A stretch of DNA of 64,000 nucleotides from Erysipelotrichaceae bacterium (GTDB lineage: Bacteria > Bacillota_I > Bacilli_A > RFN20 > CAG-826): positions 12,527 to 76,526 of the forward strand of contig SVBF01000011.1 of the NCBI GenBank assembly GCA_015058945.1, given 5' to 3'. The position numbers and the translations under genes are program-made. The notes below the pieces were generated by a model. That model was not told the DNA's origin. It was given only the letters and a program-made list of their open reading frames with translations, and ran no database searches. Within the stretch, counting starts at the first letter, position 1, and the number at the start of each line of letters is the position of its first letter. Below, piece after piece: positions 17,722 to 26,201 of the stretch.

Positions 17722-17847
17722 ATGCTCTCTATCCCAAATGGTGGTCTACCCGGCCCGGCCACCGAGGAAAGGAAGACTCATGCTCAAGGCCCTAATCGTG
17801 CTGATGATGCTCATGCTGATCTACCTCCTCCTCGGAGACTAAGGTAG
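17722..17847 (+). CDS. Candidate 41-aa small ORF (hydrophilic, Pro/Arg-rich)
   Basis: ATG lies 6 nt after a consensus AGGAGG. The product is MLSIPNGGLPGPATEERKTHAQGPNRADDAHADLPPPRRLR. The 20-codon hydrophobic ORF is nested in another frame. Confidence 0.3.
   Translation: MLSIPNGGLPGPATEERKTHAQGPNRADDAHADLPPPRRLR
17780..17842 (+). CDS. Candidate 20-aa hydrophobic peptide (type I toxin-like)
   Basis: AGGAAAGGAAG lies 4 nt upstream of the ATG. The product is MLKALIVLMMLMLIYLLLGD. The stop codon abuts the T-tract of the convergent minus-strand terminator of repeat copy 2. Confidence 0.35.
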   Translation: MLKALIVLMMLMLIYLLLGD

Positions 17848-17954
17848 AAAAAGGCCTCAAGCCCCTAGTGAGCTTGAGGTCAAACACCTATCCATAATAT
17901 AGCATTATGGGCTCGTCCCTCGCAAGCCGGGCATAGGCGAGGGACTTGTTGGGA
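17827..17954. repeat. Copy 2 of the ~126-nt three-hairpin repeat (immediately 3' of rsfS)
   Basis: It aligns with 17513-17638. Most of the roughly 12-14 differences by eye fall in loops and linkers, while the stems are preserved. Confidence 0.85.
17846..17881 (-). terminator. Rho-independent terminator of the yqeG-rsfS operon (inside repeat copy 2)
   Basis: The minus strand reads GACCTCAAGC-TCACTAGGG-GCTTGAGGCC followed by TTTTT, about 80 nt after the rsfS stop. Confidence 0.7.
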
Positions 17955-17959
17955 AAAGC

Positions 17960-18298
17960 CTAGCTGGCTTTCTTCGCAATCTTTTCCAAGAGGCTTTCTA
18001 GGTCGACCATTCTTCTGTTGCCGGGCAGCATCAAGTGGACGATGACTTCTTCGCCTTGGACGATGACCCAACCGGAATCGGGCTCCCCTTCCTTGACGGT
18101 GACGGGGACGCCGCCTTTCTCTAACGCGTCTTCGAGATGCCCCTGAATCGCCCCGAGCATTCTGGGGTTGCCGCAGGTACCGATGATTACATAACTTGCG
18201 AAGGGCGATGTCTCATGAACATCGATGGAGGTCACGTCCTCCACTTTGTGTTCTCCTAATGCGTCGAGGATGAGCTTGAGTTCGTTCTTGGCGTCCAT
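17960..18298 (-). CDS. rsfS: Ribosome silencing factor RsfS (iojap family)
   Basis: 112 aa. Motifs: KVEDVTSIDVHETSPFASYVIIGTCGNPRMLGAI and the GWVIVQGEEVIVHLM pattern. It is the last gene of the yqe operon, as in Bacillus. Confidence 0.9.
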   Translation of the reverse strand: MDAKNELKLILDALGEHKVEDVTSIDVHETSPFASYVIIGTCGNPRMLGAIQGHLEDALEKGGVPVTVKEGEPDSGWVIVQGEEVIVHLMLPGNRRMVDLESLLEKIAKKAS

Positions 18299-18300
18299 TC

Positions 18301-19404
18301 TTATTCGTCTTCTCCTAAATATAAGTCAAAGCATTGCTTGGTCGATTCGTTGTCGACGGTGTAACCACGGGAAAACAGATATTCCTTATTGGCTTTGAGC
18401 ACGGCCATGAAGCCGACGTAGTAATTCCGGTAGCAGGCGTTCATCAAGCGTCTGGAATCAAACCCGCGCGTGGGTTCGATTTTATCGGAGGCATAGATGA
18501 TCTTGGATAGCGGCGCCATATGGGCCCTGCCGGTCGCGTGGAAGCAAATCGCGTCGAGGATGGCGGAATCCTTGATCCCGAAGATCGTCTCGGCGAGGAA
18601 GGCGCCGACGAATTGGTGATAGGTCCATTTGGGATAGGAGACGTATTCGGGGAAGCGATCCTTCATGATCTTCATCGTGGTCTCTTCGTCCATCTCCTTG
18701 CCACAATCGTGGAGCAAACCGGCGATATATGCTTTGCGGTAATCCTCCACTTTGTTCTTCGCGGCGATGGCGAAGGCCAGGTTCGCCACGGAAACGCTAT
18801 GAAGGAGGCGGCGCTCCGAAACAAGGGAGCGGAGCTTGGACATGTAATAGATGCCGTTGCTCTCGATATAGTCGCGCACCGCCAAAGGCACATCCACGTC
18901 CTGGAGGTTGCGCACCTTGGTCGAGCTGACCGGACCGGAGCCTTCGTAAGGGAGGCGCATCATGTTGAAGGATTGAAGAACCTTATCGTCGATCTCGACG
19001 TCGGGTCGAGACACATATAAAGGCGTCGCGAGCTGGCAGATCTTCTCGGGATCTTTCCAATTGGGGAAGGAATTGACCTGATCGGCGCCGATGAGGAGAT
19101 ATAGCTTGGTGTTCTTATGGGTCAAAGCCATATGGCGGACCAAGTCGATGGTGTAATTGGTGTCCGCCTTGCCCTTCATCTCGAACAAATCGATGGAGAA
19201 GGCGGGAGAGCCATCGCGCTTCAAGGCGAGCTGGAGCATTTCGAGGCGTTGCTTCGGCGTGGCTTCCGGGGTCTTCCACCTCGGTGTCTTCGACGGCACG
19301 AAAACGACGTCCGCATTCAAAATCATGCTCGCCGCACGGGCGATGCGAAGATGGCCGTTATGGATGGGATCGAACGATCCGCCGTAGATGACGATGGACT
19401 CCAT
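18301..19404 (-). CDS. nadD: Fusion protein: nicotinate-nucleotide adenylyltransferase NadD + HD-domain YqeK
   Basis: The N-terminal half has YGGSFDPIHNGH and SSTKVR (NadD). The C-terminal half has HSVSVANLA and LLHDCGK (YqeK-type HD hydrolase). It is a single 367-codon frame. Confidence 0.85.
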   Translation of the reverse strand: MESIVIYGGSFDPIHNGHLRIARAASMILNADVVFVPSKTPRWKTPEATPKQRLEMLQLALKRDGSPAFSIDLFEMKGKADTNYTIDLVRHMALTHKNTKLYLLIGADQVNSFPNWKDPEKICQLATPLYVSRPDVEIDDKVLQSFNMMRLPYEGSGPVSSTKVRNLQDVDVPLAVRDYIESNGIYYMSKLRSLVSERRLLHSVSVANLAFAIAAKNKVEDYRKAYIAGLLHDCGKEMDEETTMKIMKDRFPEYVSYPKWTYHQFVGAFLAETIFGIKDSAILDAICFHATGRAHMAPLSKIIYASDKIEPTRGFDSRRLMNACYRNYYVGFMAVLKANKEYLFSRGYTVDNESTKQCFDLYLGEDE

Positions 19405-19412
19405 GCGCTTCC

Positions 19413-19721
19413 TCAGATTTCGATTTTCGGATCTTTGACGCTGCGGCGATAAAGGACGATGACGCGTCCGATTATCTGCACGGTCTGGGCGCCGAGACGG
19501 CTTTCGAGCACGCCGGCGATTTCCTTAGGCGTGGCGGCGCAGGATTGGAGCAGCCCCACTTTGATGAGCTCTTTGGCTTCCAAAGCCTTATCGACGGTCA
19601 CCAAAAAATTCTCGTCGAGATCCGCTTTGCCTAATAGGTAGCGTTGAGAGATGCCGTTGGCGAGGCCTTTCAGTTTGGCTTTTTGCTTTGGGGTAAGGGT
19701 TTTGACGTAGGAGTTGATCAT
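19413..19721 (-). CDS. yhbY: RNA-binding protein YhbY/YqeI (CRM domain)
   Basis: ATG at 19721 forms an ATGA overlap with the yqeH stop. Motifs: LTPKQKAKLKGLANGISQRYLLGK and IIGRVIVLYR. Confidence 0.85.
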   Translation of the reverse strand: MINSYVKTLTPKQKAKLKGLANGISQRYLLGKADLDENFLVTVDKALEAKELIKVGLLQSCAATPKEIAGVLESRLGAQTVQIIGRVIVLYRRSVKDPKIEI

Positions 19722-20854
19722 TTGATCTTGGCCCTCGTGGTGTAAATGGAGACGTTCTTGGGAATGAAGATACGCCAGGTTTGCTTCGCGCCCTCGAAAC
19801 AAATCCAGCCTAAGCCGGCCACGCCGATGTCGCGCGGTCCTTCTTCCTCGACGGACAAATCGTAGGCGTCGAGGTCGCTTGGGCTCGTTACCTCGCGCGA
19901 AACGGGAACGGAGGCGCCCACCTGCGCTTTGCGGAAGAAAGTTTCCTCCGCCTTGGCGCTGCGAACCTTGACCACGGTGACGTCTTTGGCGAAATAGGCT
20001 TTGATCTCTTGCCGTTCGCCCTCGCGTAACTCAAAGCGCGCGACGCCGCCGACGAGGAGGCAATCGCCTTTCTCCATGACGAAGACGCGTGCCTTCACCG
20101 GGCAATCGGGCGTGACGGCGCGAATGCCATCCATATCGAGTTTGGAACCGATGGTGTTGTCGAGCGAGATACCGGGGGTCTCGTAGATGAAGGTCGAGGT
20201 ATCGAGCGGTATTTGCATGATGCGCAGGTTGGTGCCCGGGTAGTTCGCGCTGGTGATGACGCGATTGCTCTGGTTCCGATAAGAATGGAGGAACGAGGAA
20301 ATCAGCTGGGTCTTTCCACTGCCGGTCGCGCCGATGATATAGACGTCGTGACGTTTCCTACGCGATTCGATCTCATCGATGATCTGGGCGGAATCGCCTA
20401 AGGACGTAAGTGAGGTCAAGATGACGTCGTCGCGGGTGCATTTCAAACGGGCGTTGCGGCAACGGTGCGCCACATACTCGCGCAAGAGGTCGTCCGAGAA
20501 CGACTTCGGGAGAAGGTCGCGCTTGTTCGCGATGATGAGAAGGTTCAGCCCCTCGATGATCTCAGTGACCTCGGGGACGAAGGAATTCTCAAAAGAGAAT
20601 AGGTCGATGACGTAGACGATTAAGGCGTCGCTAGCCTCGGCATCTTGCATCATCGAGAGGAATTCCTCCGAAACCTTCGGGGTACGGGGGACGAAGTTGT
20701 AACGGGATTCGTCAAAGCACTTGTTGCAGAACAAAACGCGGGCGGAGGTCATCTCCAAGACGGATGGGTCGATGTATCCTGGGGCGAATTTGTCGTCTCC
20801 CTGGAGGATGACGCCGCAGTTATGGCAGCGTCGAACGATGTTAAGCTTGCTCAT
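19718..20854 (-). CDS. yqeH: Ribosome biogenesis GTPase YqeH
   Basis: N-terminal zinc-ribbon CHNCGVILQ..CNKCF, with a circularly permuted GTPase (ANKRDLLP before GATGSGKT). Confidence 0.9.
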   Translation of the reverse strand: MSKLNIVRRCHNCGVILQGDDKFAPGYIDPSVLEMTSARVLFCNKCFDESRYNFVPRTPKVSEEFLSMMQDAEASDALIVYVIDLFSFENSFVPEVTEIIEGLNLLIIANKRDLLPKSFSDDLLREYVAHRCRNARLKCTRDDVILTSLTSLGDSAQIIDEIESRRKRHDVYIIGATGSGKTQLISSFLHSYRNQSNRVITSANYPGTNLRIMQIPLDTSTFIYETPGISLDNTIGSKLDMDGIRAVTPDCPVKARVFVMEKGDCLLVGGVARFELREGERQEIKAYFAKDVTVVKVRSAKAEETFFRKAQVGASVPVSREVTSPSDLDAYDLSVEEEGPRDIGVAGLGWICFEGAKQTWRIFIPKNVSIYTTRAKIK

Positions 20855-21377
20855 TGAGGATCTCCTTCCAATGTGGCGCTAATTTGCGTTTGAATATCTT
20901 CTCTCGTTTCGGTTTATCAAAGATACGGTTGAATTTGGTCCATGGCGGCTCTTGGGGGTCGAGCGGCTCGGTCAGGATCACGCGGATACCCGCGCCGTTA
21001 GCGGCTTTGACGTCGGTTTGGATTTGATCCCCGATGAGCACGACTTCGTTTTTCTCGAGTTTCTCTTCGGCGAGGAACTTCTTTAACGGCCCGGAAAAGG
21101 GTTTGCGCATGAAGCAACGGCACTCGACGCCGAGCTTTTCCGCGTAGCGGCGCACGCGCTTGCCGGAATTGTTGGACAGGATGACGATGCGAAGGCCCAA
21201 GGCGATGAGGCTTTCTTTCCATTCGATCGTGCGTTTGGTGGGATCGCTGACCGTATAGGGATCGAGGGTGTTATCCAAGTCCACCAGGACGGTCGTGATG
21301 CCGAGGGAAGGATAAAAAGAAGGCTCGATTTCAAAGATCGAGTTTGCGAGTGCAAACGGCCTGTTCCGATGTCTCAT
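20841..21377 (-). CDS. yqeG: HAD-family phosphatase YqeG
   Basis: VLVDLDNTLDPY (DxDxT motif) and LIGDQIQTDV. It is the first gene of the yqe operon. Confidence 0.85.
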   Translation of the reverse strand: MRHRNRPFALANSIFEIEPSFYPSLGITTVLVDLDNTLDPYTVSDPTKRTIEWKESLIALGLRIVILSNNSGKRVRRYAEKLGVECRCFMRKPFSGPLKKFLAEEKLEKNEVVLIGDQIQTDVKAANGAGIRVILTEPLDPQEPPWTKFNRIFDKPKREKIFKRKLAPHWKEILNEQA

Positions 21378-21622
21378 AGCCTAATCATACGCGCTTTGAC
21401 GCGCACATGCCCATAAAAAATGGCGTGGGCACGAACATTTCTTCGAATTTGCCGGCACACCGCCCCGCTTATTTCGCCATCGGCAAGAGAACTCATAACG
21501 GGAAAATCAGATTACTTTGAGCGAGGTTTCATTGAGGCATGAAAAAGAAGATAATAAAAAACTGACAAAAGACCAAAAAACTACTAATCCAATATAATCT
21601 ATTACAAAGTAATAGGAATTAA

Positions 21623-24253
21623 CTAGAAATCATCGTCTCCAAAGATGGAGATTTGTTCGAATTTTTCGGCGGGCTGATCATCCTCGCGCTTGAGGATTTC
21701 GACGGGTTCTTCGCTAGAAGCCTTCTCTTCGACGGCCTCGGCTGCTTCCACGACCGGCGGAGCGAAGGCTTCGATGCTGGAATCGATGTAATCGTTATCC
21801 GCGCGGAAGATGGTCGCGATATTGTCTTTCTTCGGCCATTTGTCGTCCTTCTTCGCGTAACGTTCCATCGGGGTGAGGTTGAGGTCACCAAAGGTGACTT
21901 CCTTGTTTTGACCTGAAGCGAGGACACTGATGAAGGTGATCGGAGCCTCCTTATCCCCCGCTTTCGCGACATAGATGAGACGATGCGGCTCAGACTTGAA
22001 GGTACGGAAAATGACGGTCGTGCGCGCCATGCGCTCGCTCACGTCGATATTGGTGGAAGAGAATACGCGCGTATGACCGAGGTTGGTGATCATTAAGATT
22101 TTGGCCTTCTCCTCGGGATTGATGGAGACAAGGCCCGCGATCGGCGCGCCGTGGAAATTGCCGGCTTTGACGCCGCTAGAAGAGGTCGAGGACAGGGCGA
22201 TGCCGTTTTCGTTATAACGGACGGCTAGTCCATTCTCGCTGAAGACGATGATGTCGCTATTGCCCGAAGTGAGCTCCGCGTCCACCACTTCGTCGTCCGA
22301 AAGCAATTTCATCGCGCGGATCGGGCGATTGAAACGGGTGACGGGGTAGACGGAAAGCTGAGATCTCTTGATCTGACCCTTCTTAGAGACGAGGACCATG
22401 TTGAGGTCGCTACGGAAATCATGGACCGCGTAGCCGCGGATGATTTTCTCTTCGGGATCGAGGGAAATGGCATAGTTGACATGCATGCCTTCCTCGAGCC
22501 ATTTGTTGGCTTTAAGGAGGTGGACGGGCACATAGAGATAGTTGCCTTTGGAGGTGAACATCAGCATGTGGTCGACCGAATCGGCTTGACCGTTATAGAT
22601 GAGAGTATCCCCTGCTTTTAGTCCCGGCAAAGCGCCGTTTTGTCCACCAGACCCCTTCCAGGACGCGAGGGAGGAACGCTTGACGTAGCCATCGCGGGAG
22701 ACGGAGACCATGACGGTTTCCTTCGCGACGAGTTCACGGGCGTCGAAGGCCTTGTTCGCGTCGTCGGCGTCCTCGATGGAGGTACGGCGGTCGTCGCCAT
22801 AGGTCTTCGCGATGGCGCGAAGGTCGGCGATGATGACGTCGTCGAGCGCTTCGGCGGAAGACAAAATATGGCGTAGGTTGGCGATTTCCTTGGTCAAGGT
22901 GTCGCGTTCTTGCTCGATGACCGAGACGTCGAAATGGGACAACTTATAAAGCGGCATCATGACGATGGCTTCGGCTTGTTCGGGAGTAAAACCAAAGCGA
23001 TTCTGAAGGTTGACCTTGGAATCGGCTTTGTCCTTCGAGGCACGAATGATATGGATGACCTCATCGATGATGGAGGAGGCTTTGATCAAACCCTCGACGA
23101 TGCTCAAACGGGCGAGGTCTTTCTCCAAATCGAATTTGGACCTACGGGTGATGACGTCGACCTGGTGGGCGATGTAGGTGTCGCAATAGGAAAGCAGGTT
23201 CAACGTCTGAGGGCGACCGTCGACGATCGCGACCATGTTCGCGGAGTAAGAACTCGTTAACGCGGTCTTTTGGTTGAGATAGGCTAAGATCGGTTCCGGC
23301 TTATAGCCAGACTTGATGTCGATGGCGATGCGCAAACCGGTTTTGTCGGTCTCATCGCGGACTTCCTCGATGCCGGGTAACGTCTTGTCGTGACGAAGCT
23401 TGTCGATGGAATAGACGAGGGCGGATTTGTTCACGCCATAAGGGATTTCGGTGACGATGATCTGTTGACCGCCGTCCTCACGGGTGACGATTTCGGTGCG
23501 GGAGGCGATCTCGATGCGACCCCTGCCCGTCAAATAGATGTCGGATAATCCTTGGGAACGGTAAAGGATGCCGCCGGTCGGGAAATCCGGTCCGGGGACG
23601 AAGCGCATCAACGTCTCGATCGGGCAAGAGGGATGCTGGATACGATAGATGACGGCTTGGATCACCTCGCGCAGGTTATGCGGTGGGATCTCAGTCGCCA
23701 TACCGACGGCGATGCCGGACGCGCCGTTGACGAGCATGTTCGGGAAACGGGAAGTCAAAACAGTCGGTTCGAACGAATTGTCGTCGAAGGTCAAAGCCAT
23801 GTCGACCGTGTCTTTGTCCAAATCGCGGACCAATTCTTGGCTCACGGCCGCCAAGCGGGCTTCGGTATAACGGTAGGCCGCGGGGCCATCGCCATCCATG
23901 GAGCCGTTGTTTCCTTGGAAGTTGACCAAGGGCAAGCGAACGCGCCAAGTCTGGGACATACGGACGAGGGCTTCGTAGATCGAAGAGTCGCCGTGCGGGT
24001 GGTAATTACCCATGACCTCACCGACGATATGGGCACATTTTTTGGTGGGCTTATCGATGGTGTTGCCCGTTTTGTACATCGCATAGATGATGCGGCGCTG
24101 TACCGGCTTCATGCCATCGCGGGCATCGGGGATGGCGCGGTCTTGGATGACGTCTTTGGCGTAGATGTCAAAGCGGTCGCCCATGAGTTCGTCGAGCGTC
24201 GCGGGGTTGATCGTTTCGGGGATTTCCTCGACAATGGGTTTTTTCTTAGCCAT
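21623..24253 (-). CDS. parC: DNA topoisomerase IV subunit A
   Basis: VGEVMGNYHPHGDSSIYEALVRMSQ and AAYRYTEARL form the Gram-positive ParC/GrlA-type QRDR, rather than the SAVYDT pattern of GyrA. The gene follows parE, and the pair faces plsY as in B. subtilis. It has an acidic C-terminal tail. Confidence 0.85.
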   Translation of the reverse strand: MAKKKPIVEEIPETINPATLDELMGDRFDIYAKDVIQDRAIPDARDGMKPVQRRIIYAMYKTGNTIDKPTKKCAHIVGEVMGNYHPHGDSSIYEALVRMSQTWRVRLPLVNFQGNNGSMDGDGPAAYRYTEARLAAVSQELVRDLDKDTVDMALTFDDNSFEPTVLTSRFPNMLVNGASGIAVGMATEIPPHNLREVIQAVIYRIQHPSCPIETLMRFVPGPDFPTGGILYRSQGLSDIYLTGRGRIEIASRTEIVTREDGGQQIIVTEIPYGVNKSALVYSIDKLRHDKTLPGIEEVRDETDKTGLRIAIDIKSGYKPEPILAYLNQKTALTSSYSANMVAIVDGRPQTLNLLSYCDTYIAHQVDVITRRSKFDLEKDLARLSIVEGLIKASSIIDEVIHIIRASKDKADSKVNLQNRFGFTPEQAEAIVMMPLYKLSHFDVSVIEQERDTLTKEIANLRHILSSAEALDDVIIADLRAIAKTYGDDRRTSIEDADDANKAFDARELVAKETVMVSVSRDGYVKRSSLASWKGSGGQNGALPGLKAGDTLIYNGQADSVDHMLMFTSKGNYLYVPVHLLKANKWLEEGMHVNYAISLDPEEKIIRGYAVHDFRSDLNMVLVSKKGQIKRSQLSVYPVTRFNRPIRAMKLLSDDEVVDAELTSGNSDIIVFSENGLAVRYNENGIALSSTSSSGVKAGNFHGAPIAGLVSINPEEKAKILMITNLGHTRVFSSTNIDVSERMARTTVIFRTFKSEPHRLIYVAKAGDKEAPITFISVLASGQNKEVTFGDLNLTPMERYAKKDDKWPKKDNIATIFRADNDYIDSSIEAFAPPVVEAAEAVEEKASSEEPVEILKREDDQPAEKFEQISIFGDDDF

Positions 24254-26201
24254 TCTTCGAGACCTCCTTTATGAAGCGATCGAGTTCATTGAACTTGATG
24301 TTTTGTTCGATCCATTCGCGGCGTTGGGAGGCGTCGTTGCCCATGAGGACGGAGATGCGCTTCTCCACGACCAAAGGATCCTCGATGCGGACCTGGAGCA
24401 ACTGCCTGGTGGCTTTGTTCATGGTGGTCGCCGCGAGCTGATCGGCGTTCATTTCGCCTAAGCCTTTATAACGGTTGATGCCGTAGCCCGGGCCGATTTT
24501 CTTCTTGGCTTCTTCCAAGGAAGCGTCGTCCCAAGCGTAGATGAATTTATGCGAAGGATCGGACTTTTTGTAAACGCGGTAAAGCGGCGGACAAGCGATA
24601 TAGACCATACCGTTGGTGATGAGGGGCTTCATGTAGTTATAGAAGAACGTCAAAAGCAGGATCTGGATGTGGGCGCCGTCGGTATCGGCGTCGGTCATGA
24701 TGATGATCTTGCCGTAATGGGAATCCTCGACGTCAAAGTTGGCGCCTACCCCTGCCCCGATGGTTTGGATGATGGTCGCGAACTCGGTGTTTTGGAGCAT
24801 GCGTTCCATGGTGACGTTATCGGTGTTGAGCGGTTTTCCACGAAGCGGAAGAATCGCCTGATGCAGTCGATCGCGCCCCGTTTTGGCGGAGCCGCCTGCC
24901 GAATCGCCCTCGACGATGAAGAGCTCGTTGTTCTTATAGTCTTTGGATTGGGCTGAGGCGAGTTTGTCCGAGATGATCGCGTCGACTTTCTTCTGTTTGC
25001 CGGTACGCGCGGCTTCCTTGGCTTTGCGGGCGGCTTCGCGGGCTTGCTTCGAAGCCTGGCATTTGCGAATCAAATCGACCGCGAACTCCTTATGCTCCGA
25101 CATATAGTGGAGCAAATTCGTATAAACGAATTCGGTGATGAGCGGCAAAAGCTCGGGCGAAGTGAGCTTTTGCTTCGTCTGGGATTCGTATAGGGCGAGT
25201 TTTTCAGGGACTTTGACGGAGACGACGGAGGTCAAACCTTCGCGGATGTCATTGCCGTCGAGCTTCTGGTTCTCGCGGATCACTTCGTTTTGGATGGCCC
25301 AGTCGTTGACGGCCTTGGTGATGCCGGTGCGCAGACCGGTTTCGTGGGTGCCGCCATCGTGGGTGCGGACCGCGTTCGCGTAAGAATAGACGTTCTCGTT
25401 GTAATCCTTGGAGCACCACTGCATCGCGACCTCCATCTTCACGGACGAGGATTCGTCGATGAAATGGACGATTTCGCCGATGGGTTCTTTGTTTTGGTTG
25501 AGGATGCCCACATATTCGGCTAGCCCGGATTCGTAATGGAACTCCTCGGTCTTCTTGATGCGTTCGTCGATGAGGACGAAAGTGACGTTTTTAAGAAGGA
25601 ACGCCTCCTCCTGCAAGTGACTCGCGACCGTGTCCCACTTGAAGTCGGTGGTCGAGAAAAGCGAGGCGTCGGGTAGGAAACGGACCAAAGTGCCGCGCTT
25701 CCTGGTGGGACCGAGTTTCTCTAAGGGAACGGCCAAGTGACCGCCGTTTTCAAAACGGATGTGGCTGATCTCCCCATCGCGGAAGACGGTGATATCGACC
25801 CATGAGGAAAGGGCGTTGACGACCGTGGCGCCGACGCCATGGAGGCCGGCGCTGGTTTGGTAGGCCTTATCGGAGAATTTGCCACCGGAATGGAGCTTGG
25901 TGTAGATGATTTGGATGGCGGGCAAACCGGTTTGTTTATGAATGTCGACCGGGATGCCGCGGCCATCGTCTTCGACGGAACAGGATCCGTCTTTATGCAG
26001 CGTGACGGTGATTTTCGAGCCATAGCCGTTCGCGGCTTCGTCGACGCCGTTGTCGACGATCTCCCAAATGAGATGGTGAAGACCGCCACTGTTTGTGGCG
26101 CCGATATACATGCCGGGACGCTTACGAATACCTTCGAGTTCAGGCAAAAGTTCGATGTTGTCCGCGGTGTAATTGGACTCGCGAATGGTGTTTTCTGGCA
26201 T
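24246..26201 (-). CDS. parE: DNA topoisomerase IV subunit B
   Basis: GHKL ATPase motifs GLHHLIWEIVDNGVDEA and GLHGVGATVVNA, plus Toprim EGDSAGGSAK and PLRGK. It overlaps the parC start. Confidence 0.88.
   Translation of the reverse strand: MPENTIRESNYTADNIELLPELEGIRKRPGMYIGATNSGGLHHLIWEIVDNGVDEAANGYGSKITVTLHKDGSCSVEDDGRGIPVDIHKQTGLPAIQIIYTKLHSGGKFSDKAYQTSAGLHGVGATVVNALSSWVDITVFRDGEISHIRFENGGHLAVPLEKLGPTRKRGTLVRFLPDASLFSTTDFKWDTVASHLQEEAFLLKNVTFVLIDERIKKTEEFHYESGLAEYVGILNQNKEPIGEIVHFIDESSSVKMEVAMQWCSKDYNENVYSYANAVRTHDGGTHETGLRTGITKAVNDWAIQNEVIRENQKLDGNDIREGLTSVVSVKVPEKLALYESQTKQKLTSPELLPLITEFVYTNLLHYMSEHKEFAVDLIRKCQASKQAREAARKAKEAARTGKQKKVDAIISDKLASAQSKDYKNNELFIVEGDSAGGSAKTGRDRLHQAILPLRGKPLNTDNVTMERMLQNTEFATIIQTIGAGVGANFDVEDSHYGKIIIMTDADTDGAHIQILLLTFFYNYMKPLITNGMVYIACPPLYRVYKKSDPSHKFIYAWDDASLEEAKKKIGPGYGINRYKGLGEMNADQLAATTMNKATRQLLQVRIEDPLVVEKRISVLMGNDASQRREWIEQNIKFNELDRFIKEVSKNG

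Noticed and set aside
17722-17847. The 41-aa ORF as a double-glycine-leader substrate for the C39 protein (it contains NGG at residues 6-8).
   Set aside because: The putative leader would be only 8 residues and lacks the conserved LS..EL..I.GG pattern. The gene is also 28 kb from the C39 gene.
21374-21496. A 40-codon minus-strand ORF (MSSLADGEISGAVCRQIRRNVRAHAIFYGHVRVKARMIRL) whose TGA overlaps the yqeG ATG (ATGA).
   Set aside because: It has no Shine-Dalgarno sequence upstream, the peptide is basic and low-complexity, and it overlaps hairpin-forming sequence in the yqeG leader. It is probably fortuitous. It could be revisited with Ribo-seq.
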